32,000 nt of DNA from Mucisphaera calidilacus (GTDB lineage: Bacteria > Planctomycetota > Phycisphaerae > Phycisphaerales > Phycisphaeraceae): the NCBI RefSeq assembly GCF_007748075.1, contig NZ_CP036280.1, positions 1,860,001 through 1,892,000 on the forward strand. Reading direction: 5' to 3'. Positions 1 to 8,248 of this stretch are shown piece by piece (within the stretch, counting starts at the first letter, position 1; each line of letters opens with the position of its first letter). The notes under the pieces are model-generated. The model worked only from the letters and a program-made list of their open reading frames with translations. It was not told where the DNA came from and made no database searches. Made by a program: the position numbers and the translations under genes.

Positions 1-408
1 TCAGGCCTGCTCGGCACGCTTGGCCAGCAGGTCCTCGGCCATCCCGATCAGGCGTTCGAGCCGGACCGGCTTGAGGATGTAGCCGTCGACGCCCAGCACC
101 TCGGCGTACTGCTGGTGCCGCTTGCCCTCGTTGGCGGTGCACATGATGACCACGGGCGGCTCCTCGATCTGCTTGATCTTCTCCAGCACGAGGAACCCGG
201 ATCGCTTGGGCAGCATCATGTCGAGAACCACAAGCTCGGGCGGGTCGGTGTCGACGATGCGGACGGCGGTGTTGCCGTCGCCACAGGTCTGGGTCAGGGC
301 ACCCTCGGCCTGGAGAGCGTGATCGATCGCGGCCCGGACTTCGGGGTCATCGTCAACGACGAGGATCTTGACGTCCTCAAGTCGCAGGGCTTCGTCGTGT
401 TCCATCAA
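1..408 (-). CDS. Stand-alone response regulator receiver protein (CheY-like, REC domain only)
   Basis: 135-aa ORF with receiver signatures: acidic pocket VVDDD, phospho-acceptor Asp in VVLDMMLP, Thr in MCTA, Lys in ILKP. There is no output domain. A GGAG Shine-Dalgarno lies ~8 nt upstream of the ATG at 405; the track start at 408 is a TTG one codon earlier. The stop codon is at 1-3, so the gene is complete. Confidence 0.85.
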   Translation of the reverse strand: MMEHDEALRLEDVKILVVDDDPEVRAAIDHALQAEGALTQTCGDGNTAVRIVDTDPPELVVLDMMLPKRSGFLVLEKIKQIEEPPVVIMCTANEGKRHQQYAEVLGVDGYILKPVRLERLIGMAEDLLAKRAEQA

Positions 409-474
409 TAAGGCTCCTTCGGGGTCGTCCCCGGCAAAACCCCATCATAGGGGAGAATCCATGCGGTCGCGTCG

Positions 475-1539
475 TCAGCTACCCTGACGCGTAGCCTCGG
501 AGAGGCTCTCGGAATCGGCAGCGAGCCGGTCGACCTCGGCCTCGTCGAGCCAGGGCAGCGTGAGCAACTGCTCACGCATGCGTGCCGGGAAGGGTTTGCC
601 CTGCTTCTCGTGGCGTGGTCGGCTCTTCCAGCGTCGGTGCATCCAGAAGTACTGCTCGGGGTGGGGCCGGATCATCGCCTCGATGGCCCGGCTGTAGCGG
701 GCGGTGATGTAGAGCAGCGGGTCGGGCTGGGACTCCCACTCCTCCGGCTCGATGATGTCCTGCACGCCGAGGTCGAAGTGGAAGCGTCGGCCGAGGCGCC
801 AGGCGTACCCGCACAGGACCGGGCAGCGGTTCTGCATGGCCAGCATGCCGATCGACTTGTAGTGGCTCGCGAGCCTGCCGAAGAAGGGCACAAACAGCCC
901 GCGGTCGCCCGCGTTCTGGTCGGCAATAAAGGCGACCGAGCCCCCCTGCTCGATGATCTGCTGCATGCGTTCGACCGCGCCGCCCTTGTTGACGACCTCG
1001 AGCCCGCGCCGCTGACGGACGTCGACGACCCAGTTGTTGACGTAGGGGTTATCGAGCGGGCGTGCCACCGCCGCGAGCGGGAAGCCGAGCAGCCCCAGCG
1101 CGAAACCCATGACCTCCCAGTTGCCCAGGTGCCCGGTCACGAGGATCGACGGTCGGCCGCTGCTGAGGACCTTGAGCCCGGGGCCGAGGCCCTGAGTATC
1201 CATGCGCTGCTGCCAGGTGGAGGGCGTGACGACGTGGGGTGCCTGCATCGCCTCGAAGGCGAGCTGGACCAGGTGCTCGAACGTCTGGCGGGCGACCCTG
1301 TCGGTGCGCTGCTCGTCCCAGTCGGGGAAGGCGAGCCGGAGGTTGTCCTTGGCGCGGTTGAGGTGCTTCTTGTCGACGGCGGCCAGCCCCCTGGCGAGCA
1401 GGCTGGCGAACTCCGCGCTGTCGTCGGGGTCGAAGATACTGACGGCGGAGCTGACGGCCCGTGCGACGAGATAGACCGCGCGGTCCATGACGGGCCGCGG
1501 CTGCCGGGCTCGCTTCTTGCCTTTGCGTCTGCGTGCCAT
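475..1539 (-). CDS. Lipid A biosynthesis acyltransferase family protein (LpxL/HtrB-like)
   Basis: 354-aa ORF with the family-typical block VTGHLGNWEVMG, plus FIADQN and VPFFG blocks and a basic N-terminus. Third-position G/C periodicity is clear in this frame. Confidence 0.7.
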   Translation of the reverse strand: MARRRKGKKRARQPRPVMDRAVYLVARAVSSAVSIFDPDDSAEFASLLARGLAAVDKKHLNRAKDNLRLAFPDWDEQRTDRVARQTFEHLVQLAFEAMQAPHVVTPSTWQQRMDTQGLGPGLKVLSSGRPSILVTGHLGNWEVMGFALGLLGFPLAAVARPLDNPYVNNWVVDVRQRRGLEVVNKGGAVERMQQIIEQGGSVAFIADQNAGDRGLFVPFFGRLASHYKSIGMLAMQNRCPVLCGYAWRLGRRFHFDLGVQDIIEPEEWESQPDPLLYITARYSRAIEAMIRPHPEQYFWMHRRWKSRPRHEKQGKPFPARMREQLLTLPWLDEAEVDRLAADSESLSEATRQGS

Positions 1540-1597
1540 CAGCCACCCGCCTCTGCGGGCGCAGTGTCGACGACGCGGTCAGCCGGTCGCGTGCGGA

Positions 1598-2947
1598 TCA
1601 ACGCTCGTAGTAACCCACCAGCCCGAGGAACCGGTTCTGGTTGAGCACCGGGATCGAGAGGGCCTGTGCCTGTTCGAGCAGGCGTTCGTACTGGTCGGCG
1701 TTCTGGATCGCGCGGGCGTGCTGCTCGATCAGGACGGGGTCGATGACGGTGCTGGGCAGCGGCGCGGGGCGGATCGGGCGGACGCCAAGCACGAGGAAGT
1801 CGACCTCGTAGTTCAGCTCGTCGACCAGCTCGCCACCCCAGCGGGTGACCATGCCCTCGATGCGGCTGCGATCGCCCTGCGAGGGGTTGCCGCGGTCGGT
1901 GAAGTCGAACTGCCCGAAGACGTAGAACTTGGAGGAACGATCGCGGTCGTAGGCGACGTTGACGATGCTGTCGCTCTCGCTGAGCACGGCGTTGCGTTCG
2001 AGGCGGACGATGCGGCAGACCGCGGTGTTCTCCTCGATGGCGATGACCTCGACGGTGCCGATGCCACGGACCTCGCCCTCGCGGTCGGTGCGGATCAGTT
2101 CGCCGGCGGGGATGACCTCAAAGGTCAGGCCGAGCTGCAGACGATCCTGCTTGCCGAGGTTGATGTAGACCTGGTTCTTCTCGTCGGCGACGGCGACGAT
2201 GCGGCCGTCGGGCGTGATGACCTGGTTGACCTGACCCTCGCCCTGGATCTGCTCGATGAGCTGCTGGACGCGGCGTTCGAGCTGGCGGACCTGCTGATCG
2301 AGCCCCTGGATCGATCCCTGCTGCTCGCGGATCTGCTGGTCCTTGTCGCTCCGGACGCGGGTCAGGAGGTTGGAGTAGCGTCCCTCGGCGTTGTCCATCT
2401 TCTGCATGGACTCGGAGTAGGCGCCGGCGAGCTGCTCGAACTGAGCCTGCAGCCGCTGAGCCGCCTGATTGAACCGCTGACGCGTGGTGGCGAGTTCCCG
2501 GTTGGCTTCTTCAAGGTCACCACGCACGTCGGCGAGGGCCTGCTCCTTGGCGTCGACCTGGGCCTGCGCCTGCTCGAGGTCGTTCTCGAGCCGGGTCACG
2601 GTGCGGAGCAACGAGCTGTCGCCCTTGGCCTTGACCTGGGTGTCGACGTCGGTCATGGGCAGAGCGGCGTCGACGCCGATGATGGACCGCAACTGCTGGT
2701 TCTCGGCGAGCATGACGCCCACGACCGACTGGCCACGGCCGGCCTGTTCCTTGTAGACCCCGACCTCGGGCGAAGACTGCTCCGACCGGGTGGCGTAGGC
2801 GTTGAGATCGTTGGTGGCGGATTCAGCCCGCTGGTTGGCCCCGCTGAGCTGGGTGTAGAACACCAGCGCCAGGATGCCGAAGACTACCGCCGCGATCGCC
2901 GCAAGGACGGCCGCAACCGTCACCGTGCTGTCCTGACCTCGTGCCAT
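1598..2947 (-). CDS. Hypothetical membrane-anchored coiled-coil protein
   Basis: 449-aa ORF. It has one N-terminal TM helix (VTVAAVLAAIAAVVFGILALVFY) and a long Q/E/R-rich heptad-like region (~aa 100-235). A beta-rich segment follows (GRIVAVADEKNQVYINLGKQDRLQLGLTFEVI...), then a C-terminal ~90 aa module. No family recognised with confidence. Coding periodicity supports this frame over the antisense 489-aa ORF. Confidence 0.7.
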   Translation of the reverse strand: MARGQDSTVTVAAVLAAIAAVVFGILALVFYTQLSGANQRAESATNDLNAYATRSEQSSPEVGVYKEQAGRGQSVVGVMLAENQQLRSIIGVDAALPMTDVDTQVKAKGDSSLLRTVTRLENDLEQAQAQVDAKEQALADVRGDLEEANRELATTRQRFNQAAQRLQAQFEQLAGAYSESMQKMDNAEGRYSNLLTRVRSDKDQQIREQQGSIQGLDQQVRQLERRVQQLIEQIQGEGQVNQVITPDGRIVAVADEKNQVYINLGKQDRLQLGLTFEVIPAGELIRTDREGEVRGIGTVEVIAIEENTAVCRIVRLERNAVLSESDSIVNVAYDRDRSSKFYVFGQFDFTDRGNPSQGDRSRIEGMVTRWGGELVDELNYEVDFLVLGVRPIRPAPLPSTVIDPVLIEQHARAIQNADQYERLLEQAQALSIPVLNQNRFLGLVGYYER

Positions 2948-3036
2948 ACTGATTGAACTCCTGATAGGACACCGCCGGCCCGTGGCCGGATCAAAAAACC
3001 TAGAAGTAAGCAGTGTCCGGGCCTACGCGCCAACCG

Positions 3037-3519
3037 TCAAGCCGACCCCGCAAGTCCCAGCCACAACTCGACCTCCACGGAGGCCCCCAGCGGCAGGCCG
3101 CTGACGCCGACCGCGGCCCGCGCGTGCCGGCCCTGATCGCCAAAAGCCCGCACCAGCAGGTCGCTGGCCCCGTTGGCGACCAGGTGCTGCTCCGCAAAGC
3201 CCTCGTCCCCCCACACGAACACGCCGACGCGGACGATTCGCTCGACGCACGACCAGTCAGCCTCGAGCAGCGCATCGGCGGCGGCCAGAGCGTTGACCAC
3301 GCACCGGCCAGCGGCCTTGGCGGCCTTCTCAACAGAAACGGCGGAGGGCACCGGACCGGAAACCATCAACTCGCCATCGACCAGCGGCAGCTGGCCGCTG
3401 ATCACGATCAGGTCGTTCTGCCGCGTGGCGGGCAGATAGGAGGCGACCGCCGCGGCGGGCTTGGGGAGTTCGTAGCCGAGCGCTGCGAGCGCACGCCGGG
3501 GGTGATTGAGATCGCTCAT
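3037..3519 (-). CDS. RidA/YjgF/Endoribonuclease L-PSP family protein
   Basis: 160-aa ORF with the typical layout: LPKPAAAVASYLPA...NDLIVISGQLPLVDGEL ... RVGVFV ... AAVGVSGLPLGASVEVE. Confidence 0.8.
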   Translation of the reverse strand: MSDLNHPRRALAALGYELPKPAAAVASYLPATRQNDLIVISGQLPLVDGELMVSGPVPSAVSVEKAAKAAGRCVVNALAAADALLEADWSCVERIVRVGVFVWGDEGFAEQHLVANGASDLLVRAFGDQGRHARAAVGVSGLPLGASVEVELWLGLAGSA

Positions 3520-3597
3520 GCCGCCCAGTCTACCCCCAGCGACCGATTGCAGCGGTTCTCACCGGCTGTCCGATAAGATTGGTGGAGATCCCCTGCC

Positions 3598-4626
3598 ATG
3601 ACCGACATGCTCGACCAGAATGAAATCGATTCGCTGTTGGCAGCGGTCGAGGGCGGCGACGTCGAAACCGAGGTCGATACCGGGCCGTCGCTGGTCTACT
3701 CCCTGCGCCGAGGCGGGATCACCGACGCCGAGTTGGAAATCCGGGACTACGACTTCAAGCGGCCCGAGCGTGTCTCCAAGGACCAGATGCGAGCGCTCGA
3801 GACACTCCACGACGTCTTCAGCCGGGGCTTCGGCGCGTCGCTCTCGGGCTTCCTGCGGACGATCGTCGAGGTCAAGGTCGCTGACATCGAGCAGATGACC
3901 TTCTCGGAGTTCACCCACTCCCTGCCGAACCCGACCTGCTTCAACCTGCTCAGCTGCAAGCCGCTCGACGGAAGCATCTGCCTCGACCTCTCGCCGCTGA
4001 TCATCTACCCGATCATCGACCGCCTGCTGGGCGGCTCAAACGCCGAGCTGTTCATCCCGCAGCGGCCACTCACGGCGATCGAGCTGCGGCTGGTCAACAA
4101 GATCATCTCCCGCGGGATGGACGCGCTGCGCGAGGCGTGGCAGAACATCGTCGAGATCAAGTTCAACCTCGAGGAGTCGGAGTCGAACCCGGCGCTGGTG
4201 CAGATCGTGCCGCCAAACGAGGTGGTCGTGGTGGTCGGCTTCGAGATGAAGATGGGCGGGCGTGCGGGCACGATGTCGCTGTGCATCCCCTACAACGTCA
4301 TCGAGCCGGTGGTCGAACGCCTCTCGAACCAGACGTGGGAGGCGTACAAGAAGTCAGTGCGGAACACGCAGATCCGACAGCGTGTCGCCGAGCATCTGGA
4401 GGTGGCCCGCGTGCCGATTCGTGCCCTGCTCGCCGAGACCAGGCTCTCGATCGGCGACCTCAAGCACCTGCAGGCCGGCGACATCATCACGACCGAGAAA
4501 CCGGCCTCGGCCCCGCTGGCCATGGAGATCGGCGGGCAGCGCAAGTTCATCGGCCAGCTCGGCCAGTACCGGGGCAACCGCGCGTTCAAGGTGACCCGCA
4601 AGATCCAGCCCAAGGACCGGGTCTAA
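3598..4626 (+). CDS. fliM: Flagellar motor switch protein FliM
   Basis: 342-aa ORF. The N-terminal CheY-P binding peptide LDQNEIDSLL matches the LSQDEIDALL type. The middle domain reads YDFKRPERVSKDQMRALETLHDVFSRGFGASLSGFLRT. The C-terminal FliN/SpoA-like domain reads LSIGDLKHLQAGDIITTEKPASAPLAMEIGGQRKFIGQLGQYRGNRAFKV. GGTGGAG Shine-Dalgarno upstream. Confidence 0.9.
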   Translation: MTDMLDQNEIDSLLAAVEGGDVETEVDTGPSLVYSLRRGGITDAELEIRDYDFKRPERVSKDQMRALETLHDVFSRGFGASLSGFLRTIVEVKVADIEQMTFSEFTHSLPNPTCFNLLSCKPLDGSICLDLSPLIIYPIIDRLLGGSNAELFIPQRPLTAIELRLVNKIISRGMDALREAWQNIVEIKFNLEESESNPALVQIVPPNEVVVVVGFEMKMGGRAGTMSLCIPYNVIEPVVERLSNQTWEAYKKSVRNTQIRQRVAEHLEVARVPIRALLAETRLSIGDLKHLQAGDIITTEKPASAPLAMEIGGQRKFIGQLGQYRGNRAFKVTRKIQPKDRV

Positions 4627-4644
4627 GCCTATTTTGCCGGAGGC

Positions 4645-5496
4645 TCAACGAGGGTGCACGACCCTGTGGGCGTGCTCAATCAGCCCGCGCACCGGCCCGT
4701 CGGTGAAGAGCAGCCGGGGATCCATCGTCTTGGTGCCGAGGGCGACGTAGTCGGCACCGGCGTCGACGAAGGCGTCGATGTGGTGGTTGCGGATGATCCC
4801 GCCGCCGCCCACGATCTTCTGGCCGTGGTCGCCGATCATCCGCCTCAGGTCCGCGACGCAGCGCAACGCCAGCGGGTGCAGCGGCGCTCCGCTCATCCCC
4901 CCGCCTCGGACCGGCAGGGTGTTGACGGCGTGGAACCCCCAGACGCCCGCCTCGATCGCCTTCTCCGACATCGCCTCGAAGCGGATCGGCGGCACCTTGA
5001 CGATCACCGGGACGCCGGTCGCCACCGCCTCCTCGAACAGCCCCTCGGGCAGGCCGATCTCGCCGACGTTCGGGCAGCTCATGTTCAGCTCGACGGCCAG
5101 CGGCTCGACCTCGGCGGTCAGGGCCAGCAGCTCCGACCACTGGGGCCGGTCAAAACCATGAATACTGACCACGGCGTGGTCGGCTCGCTTCTTGCCGGCG
5201 GCGACACGTCGGGCGTACCAGGGCATGCCGGGGTTGCGCAGGCCGATGCGGTTGGTCCAGGCGTCGAGCGAGATGGAGTAACGCAGCGTGCGCAGGATCC
5301 GCCAGACACGCCAGCCCCGCGCCATCGCCGTGAAGGTGCCCACCGTAGGGGTCGAGCCTTCGGGCTGGATGTAGTTGCCAAACGGCGCCGAGATGAGGAT
5401 CGGCTCCATCGCTTCGTCTATGAGCATGCCCGACTGTTTGGTCATGACCACCATCATAGATGGATGACGCCGGAGCGTTTGCCGGGTAGACTCCAC
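4645..5496 (-). CDS. Dihydroorotate dehydrogenase-like TIM-barrel flavoprotein (class 1 DHOD/DHPD family)
   Basis: Contains IGLRNPG, ELNMSCPNV, AVNTLPVRGGGMSGAPLHPLAL and GGGGI blocks characteristic of class 1 DHOD-type enzymes. The track start at 5496 is a GTG only 3 nt from the divergent comF ATG. The real start is more likely an internal ATG at 5445, 5427 or 5409. Confidence 0.65.
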   Translation of the reverse strand: MESTRQTLRRHPSMMVVMTKQSGMLIDEAMEPILISAPFGNYIQPEGSTPTVGTFTAMARGWRVWRILRTLRYSISLDAWTNRIGLRNPGMPWYARRVAAGKKRADHAVVSIHGFDRPQWSELLALTAEVEPLAVELNMSCPNVGEIGLPEGLFEEAVATGVPVIVKVPPIRFEAMSEKAIEAGVWGFHAVNTLPVRGGGMSGAPLHPLALRCVADLRRMIGDHGQKIVGGGGIIRNHHIDAFVDAGADYVALGTKTMDPRLLFTDGPVRGLIEHAHRVVHPR

Positions 5497-5499
5497 TGA

Positions 5500-6165
5500 A
5501 TGAAATCTTATTTTGAATTTTTGCTTGATCGTGTCGCGCCACCCGAGGTCGGCACGGGCGACTGGGCACCCGACCCGCCCGACCGCTACTGCCCGCGATG
5601 CGGCCTCTGCGTCGGCCCCGGAGAGGTGATGGGGGGCCGCTGCTCCCGCTGCCGTGCCCTGAAACTGCCCTGGCAGAGCCTCACCAGGCTGGGCCGCTAC
5701 CGCCCGCCCCTCTCCGACTGGGTCAAACGCCTCAAGTACAAGGGGTGCTACCGCTGGGCCGAACGGCTCGGCACCGAACTCGCCGCCGCCCTGCCGTCAG
5801 ATCTCCCGCCCTGCACGGTGGTGCCCACGCCGATGCACGTCGTCCGCCGGTATCTGCGGGGGCTCGATCACGCCGAACTGCTGGCTCTCGCCGTCGCCTG
5901 CCAGCAAGGCTGGCCGATGCGCCGATTACTACGTCGACGCCGACTCACCCCGCCTCAGTCGAGTGTCCCGCCCAGCGAGCGGATGGCCAACCTCGCGCGT
6001 GCGATCGAGCCGAAACGCCTGCGCAGCGACCGCGTCCCCGAACGCGTCCTGTTGGTCGATGACGTCAAGACCACAGGTGCGACCCTCACCCGCTGCTGCC
6101 GGGCGCTCAACAAGCTCGGCATCAGGGAGATCCACGTCGCCGTGGTCGCCGTCGCCGAGCCGTGA
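5500..6165 (+). CDS. comF: ComF family protein (phosphoribosyltransferase-type, competence protein F-like)
   Basis: 221-aa ORF with an N-terminal zinc-finger-like CPRCG...CSRC pair and the C-terminal PRTase motif VLLVDDVKTTGATL. Confidence 0.8.
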   Translation: MKSYFEFLLDRVAPPEVGTGDWAPDPPDRYCPRCGLCVGPGEVMGGRCSRCRALKLPWQSLTRLGRYRPPLSDWVKRLKYKGCYRWAERLGTELAAALPSDLPPCTVVPTPMHVVRRYLRGLDHAELLALAVACQQGWPMRRLLRRRRLTPPQSSVPPSERMANLARAIEPKRLRSDRVPERVLLVDDVKTTGATLTRCCRALNKLGIREIHVAVVAVAEP

Positions 6166-6172
6166 ATCTCAA

Positions 6173-8191
6173 TCAGACACGCAGCTCGGCACCGACCTTC
6201 TGGGTCAGCGCCGCCACGACCGCGTCGACCTCGCCGTCCACCGCGTCGTGCCTCAGCGTCTGCTCCGGATCCCGGAAGAGCATGCGCAGGCTCAGGCTCT
6301 TGCGGCCTTTGGGCACCGGCTTGCCGCGGTAGATGCCGAGAAAGTCCAGACGCTCCATCCGCTCGGGGCTGACGCCATCGATCACGCCCTCGATCGCCGA
6401 CCAGGCCACCGATTCGTCGACGATCACCGAGAGGTCACGCTCGATGCCGGGCATCCTCGGCGGCACCGCCGCGGAGTAGGCCGGCGGGTACAGATCGAGC
6501 AGCACGTCGAGGTCCAGCTCCGCCAGCACGACACGGTTCTGCAGGTCGAAGTGGTCGGTCAGCTTCTTGGAGGCGAGGCCAAACTGCCCCAGCTCGCGCT
6601 CGCCGAGCAACACGCGTGCGCCCGGCTCGTAACCCCGCAGGTCGGCCTCCGCGAAGGCCAGTTCATCCGCGCCCGAGCCGGCCAGCGCCTCGATCAACTC
6701 GGCGATCGCCCCCTTGAGGACACGCAGGGATTCGGCGGGGTCCTCGGCGTCCATGAGCAAGCCCAGCCGACGCCGTTCCTGCTTGCCCTCGGGCGTCGAC
6801 CACCAGACCGCCGCCGCCTCAAACAGACGCACGCCATGGTTGCCGTGGTCCTGGTTGATCTTCCGGCAGTGCAGCAGGCTCGCCAGCAGGCTCGGCCGCA
6901 GTGCACGATCGGTCCGCCGCTGCCCCTCCAGCTGGATCAGCGACCCGCCGTCCGGCAGCAGCACCTCCGCCTCCGCCGGCTCGCTGAGCGAGGGCGTCAC
7001 CGTCTCGTGAAAGCCCTGGCCCTCGAGGCAGGTGCCGATCAGCTTGCGCGCCGTGACACGCGCCTCCTCGGCACGCGCCACGAGCGAGATCTTCTCGGTG
7101 ACGGGGATCGCGTCCATGCCGTGCAGCCGGGCGACCTCCTCGATCAGGTCCACCTCACGAGTCAGGTCGAAGCGGTAGGTCGGGATCGTGCAGCGGATCA
7201 CGCCCTCACTGACATGCGGCTCGAAGCCGAGTTTGTTGAGGTAATCGGCCTGCTGCTGATCGCTCAGGTCCATCCCCAGCAAAGTTCGGCAGCGGTCGCC
7301 ACGCAGCGACAGCGTAGTCGGCTCCATGTCCGGTTGACCGACGGCCAACTCGCCCGCCGAGAGCGACCCGCCCGCCAGTTCGAGGATCAACTGTGTCGCA
7401 CGCAGGCTGGCCCACGACACGCCACGCGGATCGACCCGCCGCTCGAAACGGAAACTCGAATCACTCGCGAGCTTCAGCGCCCGGCTGGTCGAGCGGACCG
7501 TCAAGGGCTCGAAGATCGCCGCCTCGAGGAGGATGTCCTCGGTCTTCTCGGTCACCTCGCTCTCCAGCCCGCCCATCACGCCCGCAACCGCGCAGGGACG
7601 CTCGGCATCGGCGATCACCAGCATCGACTCGCTGAGCTCGTGCTCCGACCCGTCGATCGCCTTGATCGTCTCGCCCTTCTTCGCCCGGCGGACCCGGATC
7701 TCGGGACCGGCGAGCATGGTCAGGTCGAAGGCGTGCAGCGGCTGGCCCGTCTTCATCAGGACGTAGTTGGTGATGTCGACGATGTTGTTGACGCTCCGCA
7801 GCCCGATCGCCTCGAGCCGCTCGCGCAGCCACTGCGGGCTGGGGCCCACCTTCACGCCACGGATCACCCGGGCCGTGTAGTACGGGCACCCCTCGGGGTC
7901 GTCCACCGACAGCTTGACCGCCGAGGCAGGCCACTCGCCCGATTCCGAGACCTCGTTCTCGGGGACGATCAGCGACCGTCCCGAGCCGGCACAGATCTCC
8001 CGGGCCACGCCCAGGTGACTCAGGCAGTCGCCGCGGTTGCTCGTCACCTCGACGTCCATCATCACGTCGCCGTTGGGCTGAGACGCACGCTCCTCAATGG
8101 GAAAGCCCTGACTGGTGAGCAGGCGCTCGGCCTCGTCGGCGTCCACGGGGCGGTCGAGATAGACGTTTAACCATGCAAGACTGATCTTCAT
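6173..8191 (-). CDS. pheT: Phenylalanine--tRNA ligase beta subunit (short form lacking the N-terminal OB-fold tRNA-binding domain)
   Basis: 672-aa ORF with the typical start MKISLAWLNVYL, the B3/B4 motif VTSNRGDCLSHLGVAREI, B5, and the core YYTARVIRGVKVGPSPQWLRERLEAIGLRSVNNIVDITNYV. The C-terminal FDX-ACB-like domain reads SLSLRMLFRDPEQTLRHDAVD. Confidence 0.92.
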   Translation of the reverse strand: MKISLAWLNVYLDRPVDADEAERLLTSQGFPIEERASQPNGDVMMDVEVTSNRGDCLSHLGVAREICAGSGRSLIVPENEVSESGEWPASAVKLSVDDPEGCPYYTARVIRGVKVGPSPQWLRERLEAIGLRSVNNIVDITNYVLMKTGQPLHAFDLTMLAGPEIRVRRAKKGETIKAIDGSEHELSESMLVIADAERPCAVAGVMGGLESEVTEKTEDILLEAAIFEPLTVRSTSRALKLASDSSFRFERRVDPRGVSWASLRATQLILELAGGSLSAGELAVGQPDMEPTTLSLRGDRCRTLLGMDLSDQQQADYLNKLGFEPHVSEGVIRCTIPTYRFDLTREVDLIEEVARLHGMDAIPVTEKISLVARAEEARVTARKLIGTCLEGQGFHETVTPSLSEPAEAEVLLPDGGSLIQLEGQRRTDRALRPSLLASLLHCRKINQDHGNHGVRLFEAAAVWWSTPEGKQERRRLGLLMDAEDPAESLRVLKGAIAELIEALAGSGADELAFAEADLRGYEPGARVLLGERELGQFGLASKKLTDHFDLQNRVVLAELDLDVLLDLYPPAYSAAVPPRMPGIERDLSVIVDESVAWSAIEGVIDGVSPERMERLDFLGIYRGKPVPKGRKSLSLRMLFRDPEQTLRHDAVDGEVDAVVAALTQKVGAELRV

Positions 8192-8248
8192 GGTCGGAGT
8201 TTAACGACTCGGGCGCAGGGCCTCAGTCCGAATCGGTTTCCGGAGGGT

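Noticed and set aside
435-453. Mini hairpin CCCC-tatgat-GGGG followed by TTTTG on the minus strand, downstream of the lpxL-like gene: a possible intrinsic terminator.
   Set aside because: The stem is only 4 bp and the REC gene starts ~30 nt further on. This is too weak to call.
2975-3000. GC hairpin CCGGCC-cgt-GGCCGG (2975-2989) followed by ATCAAAAAA on the + strand, between ridA and the coiled-coil gene.
   Set aside because: Both flanking genes are on the minus strand. On that strand the T-run precedes rather than follows the stem, so it does not fit an intrinsic terminator. No + strand gene ends upstream of it either.
3500-6200. I searched the skew-switch zone for a dif-like XerCD site (ATAA-N6-TTAT type 28-mer) or, alternatively, DnaA boxes (TTATCCACA) and an AT-rich unwinding element. 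The only AT-rich patch is ~5495-5530 at the comF start.
   Set aside because: I found no convincing match to either consensus by eye. The AT-rich patch is within or adjacent to the comF start codon region and is more simply a divergent promoter/initiation region. The sign of the skew change also argues against an origin.
5963-8170. Very long ORFs antisense to, or in alternative frames of, recognised genes. Examples: 735 aa at 5963-8170 (+) opposite pheT; 807 aa at 12323-14746 (+); 482 aa at 10871-12319 (+); 548 aa at 16139-17785 (+); 489 aa at 1487-2956 (+); 344 aa at 610-1644 (+); 406 aa at 9372-10592 (+); 380 aa at 22805-23947 (+); 335 aa at 23947-24954 (+); 300 aa at 25656-26558 (-); 321 aa at 27282-28247 (-).
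   Set aside because: Their translations are low-complexity R/P/H/G/D-rich strings with no recognisable motifs. They overlap ORFs with unmistakable conserved families. The third-codon-position bias follows the conserved frame, not these. Long stop-free frames are expected in a high-GC, strongly skewed sequence.
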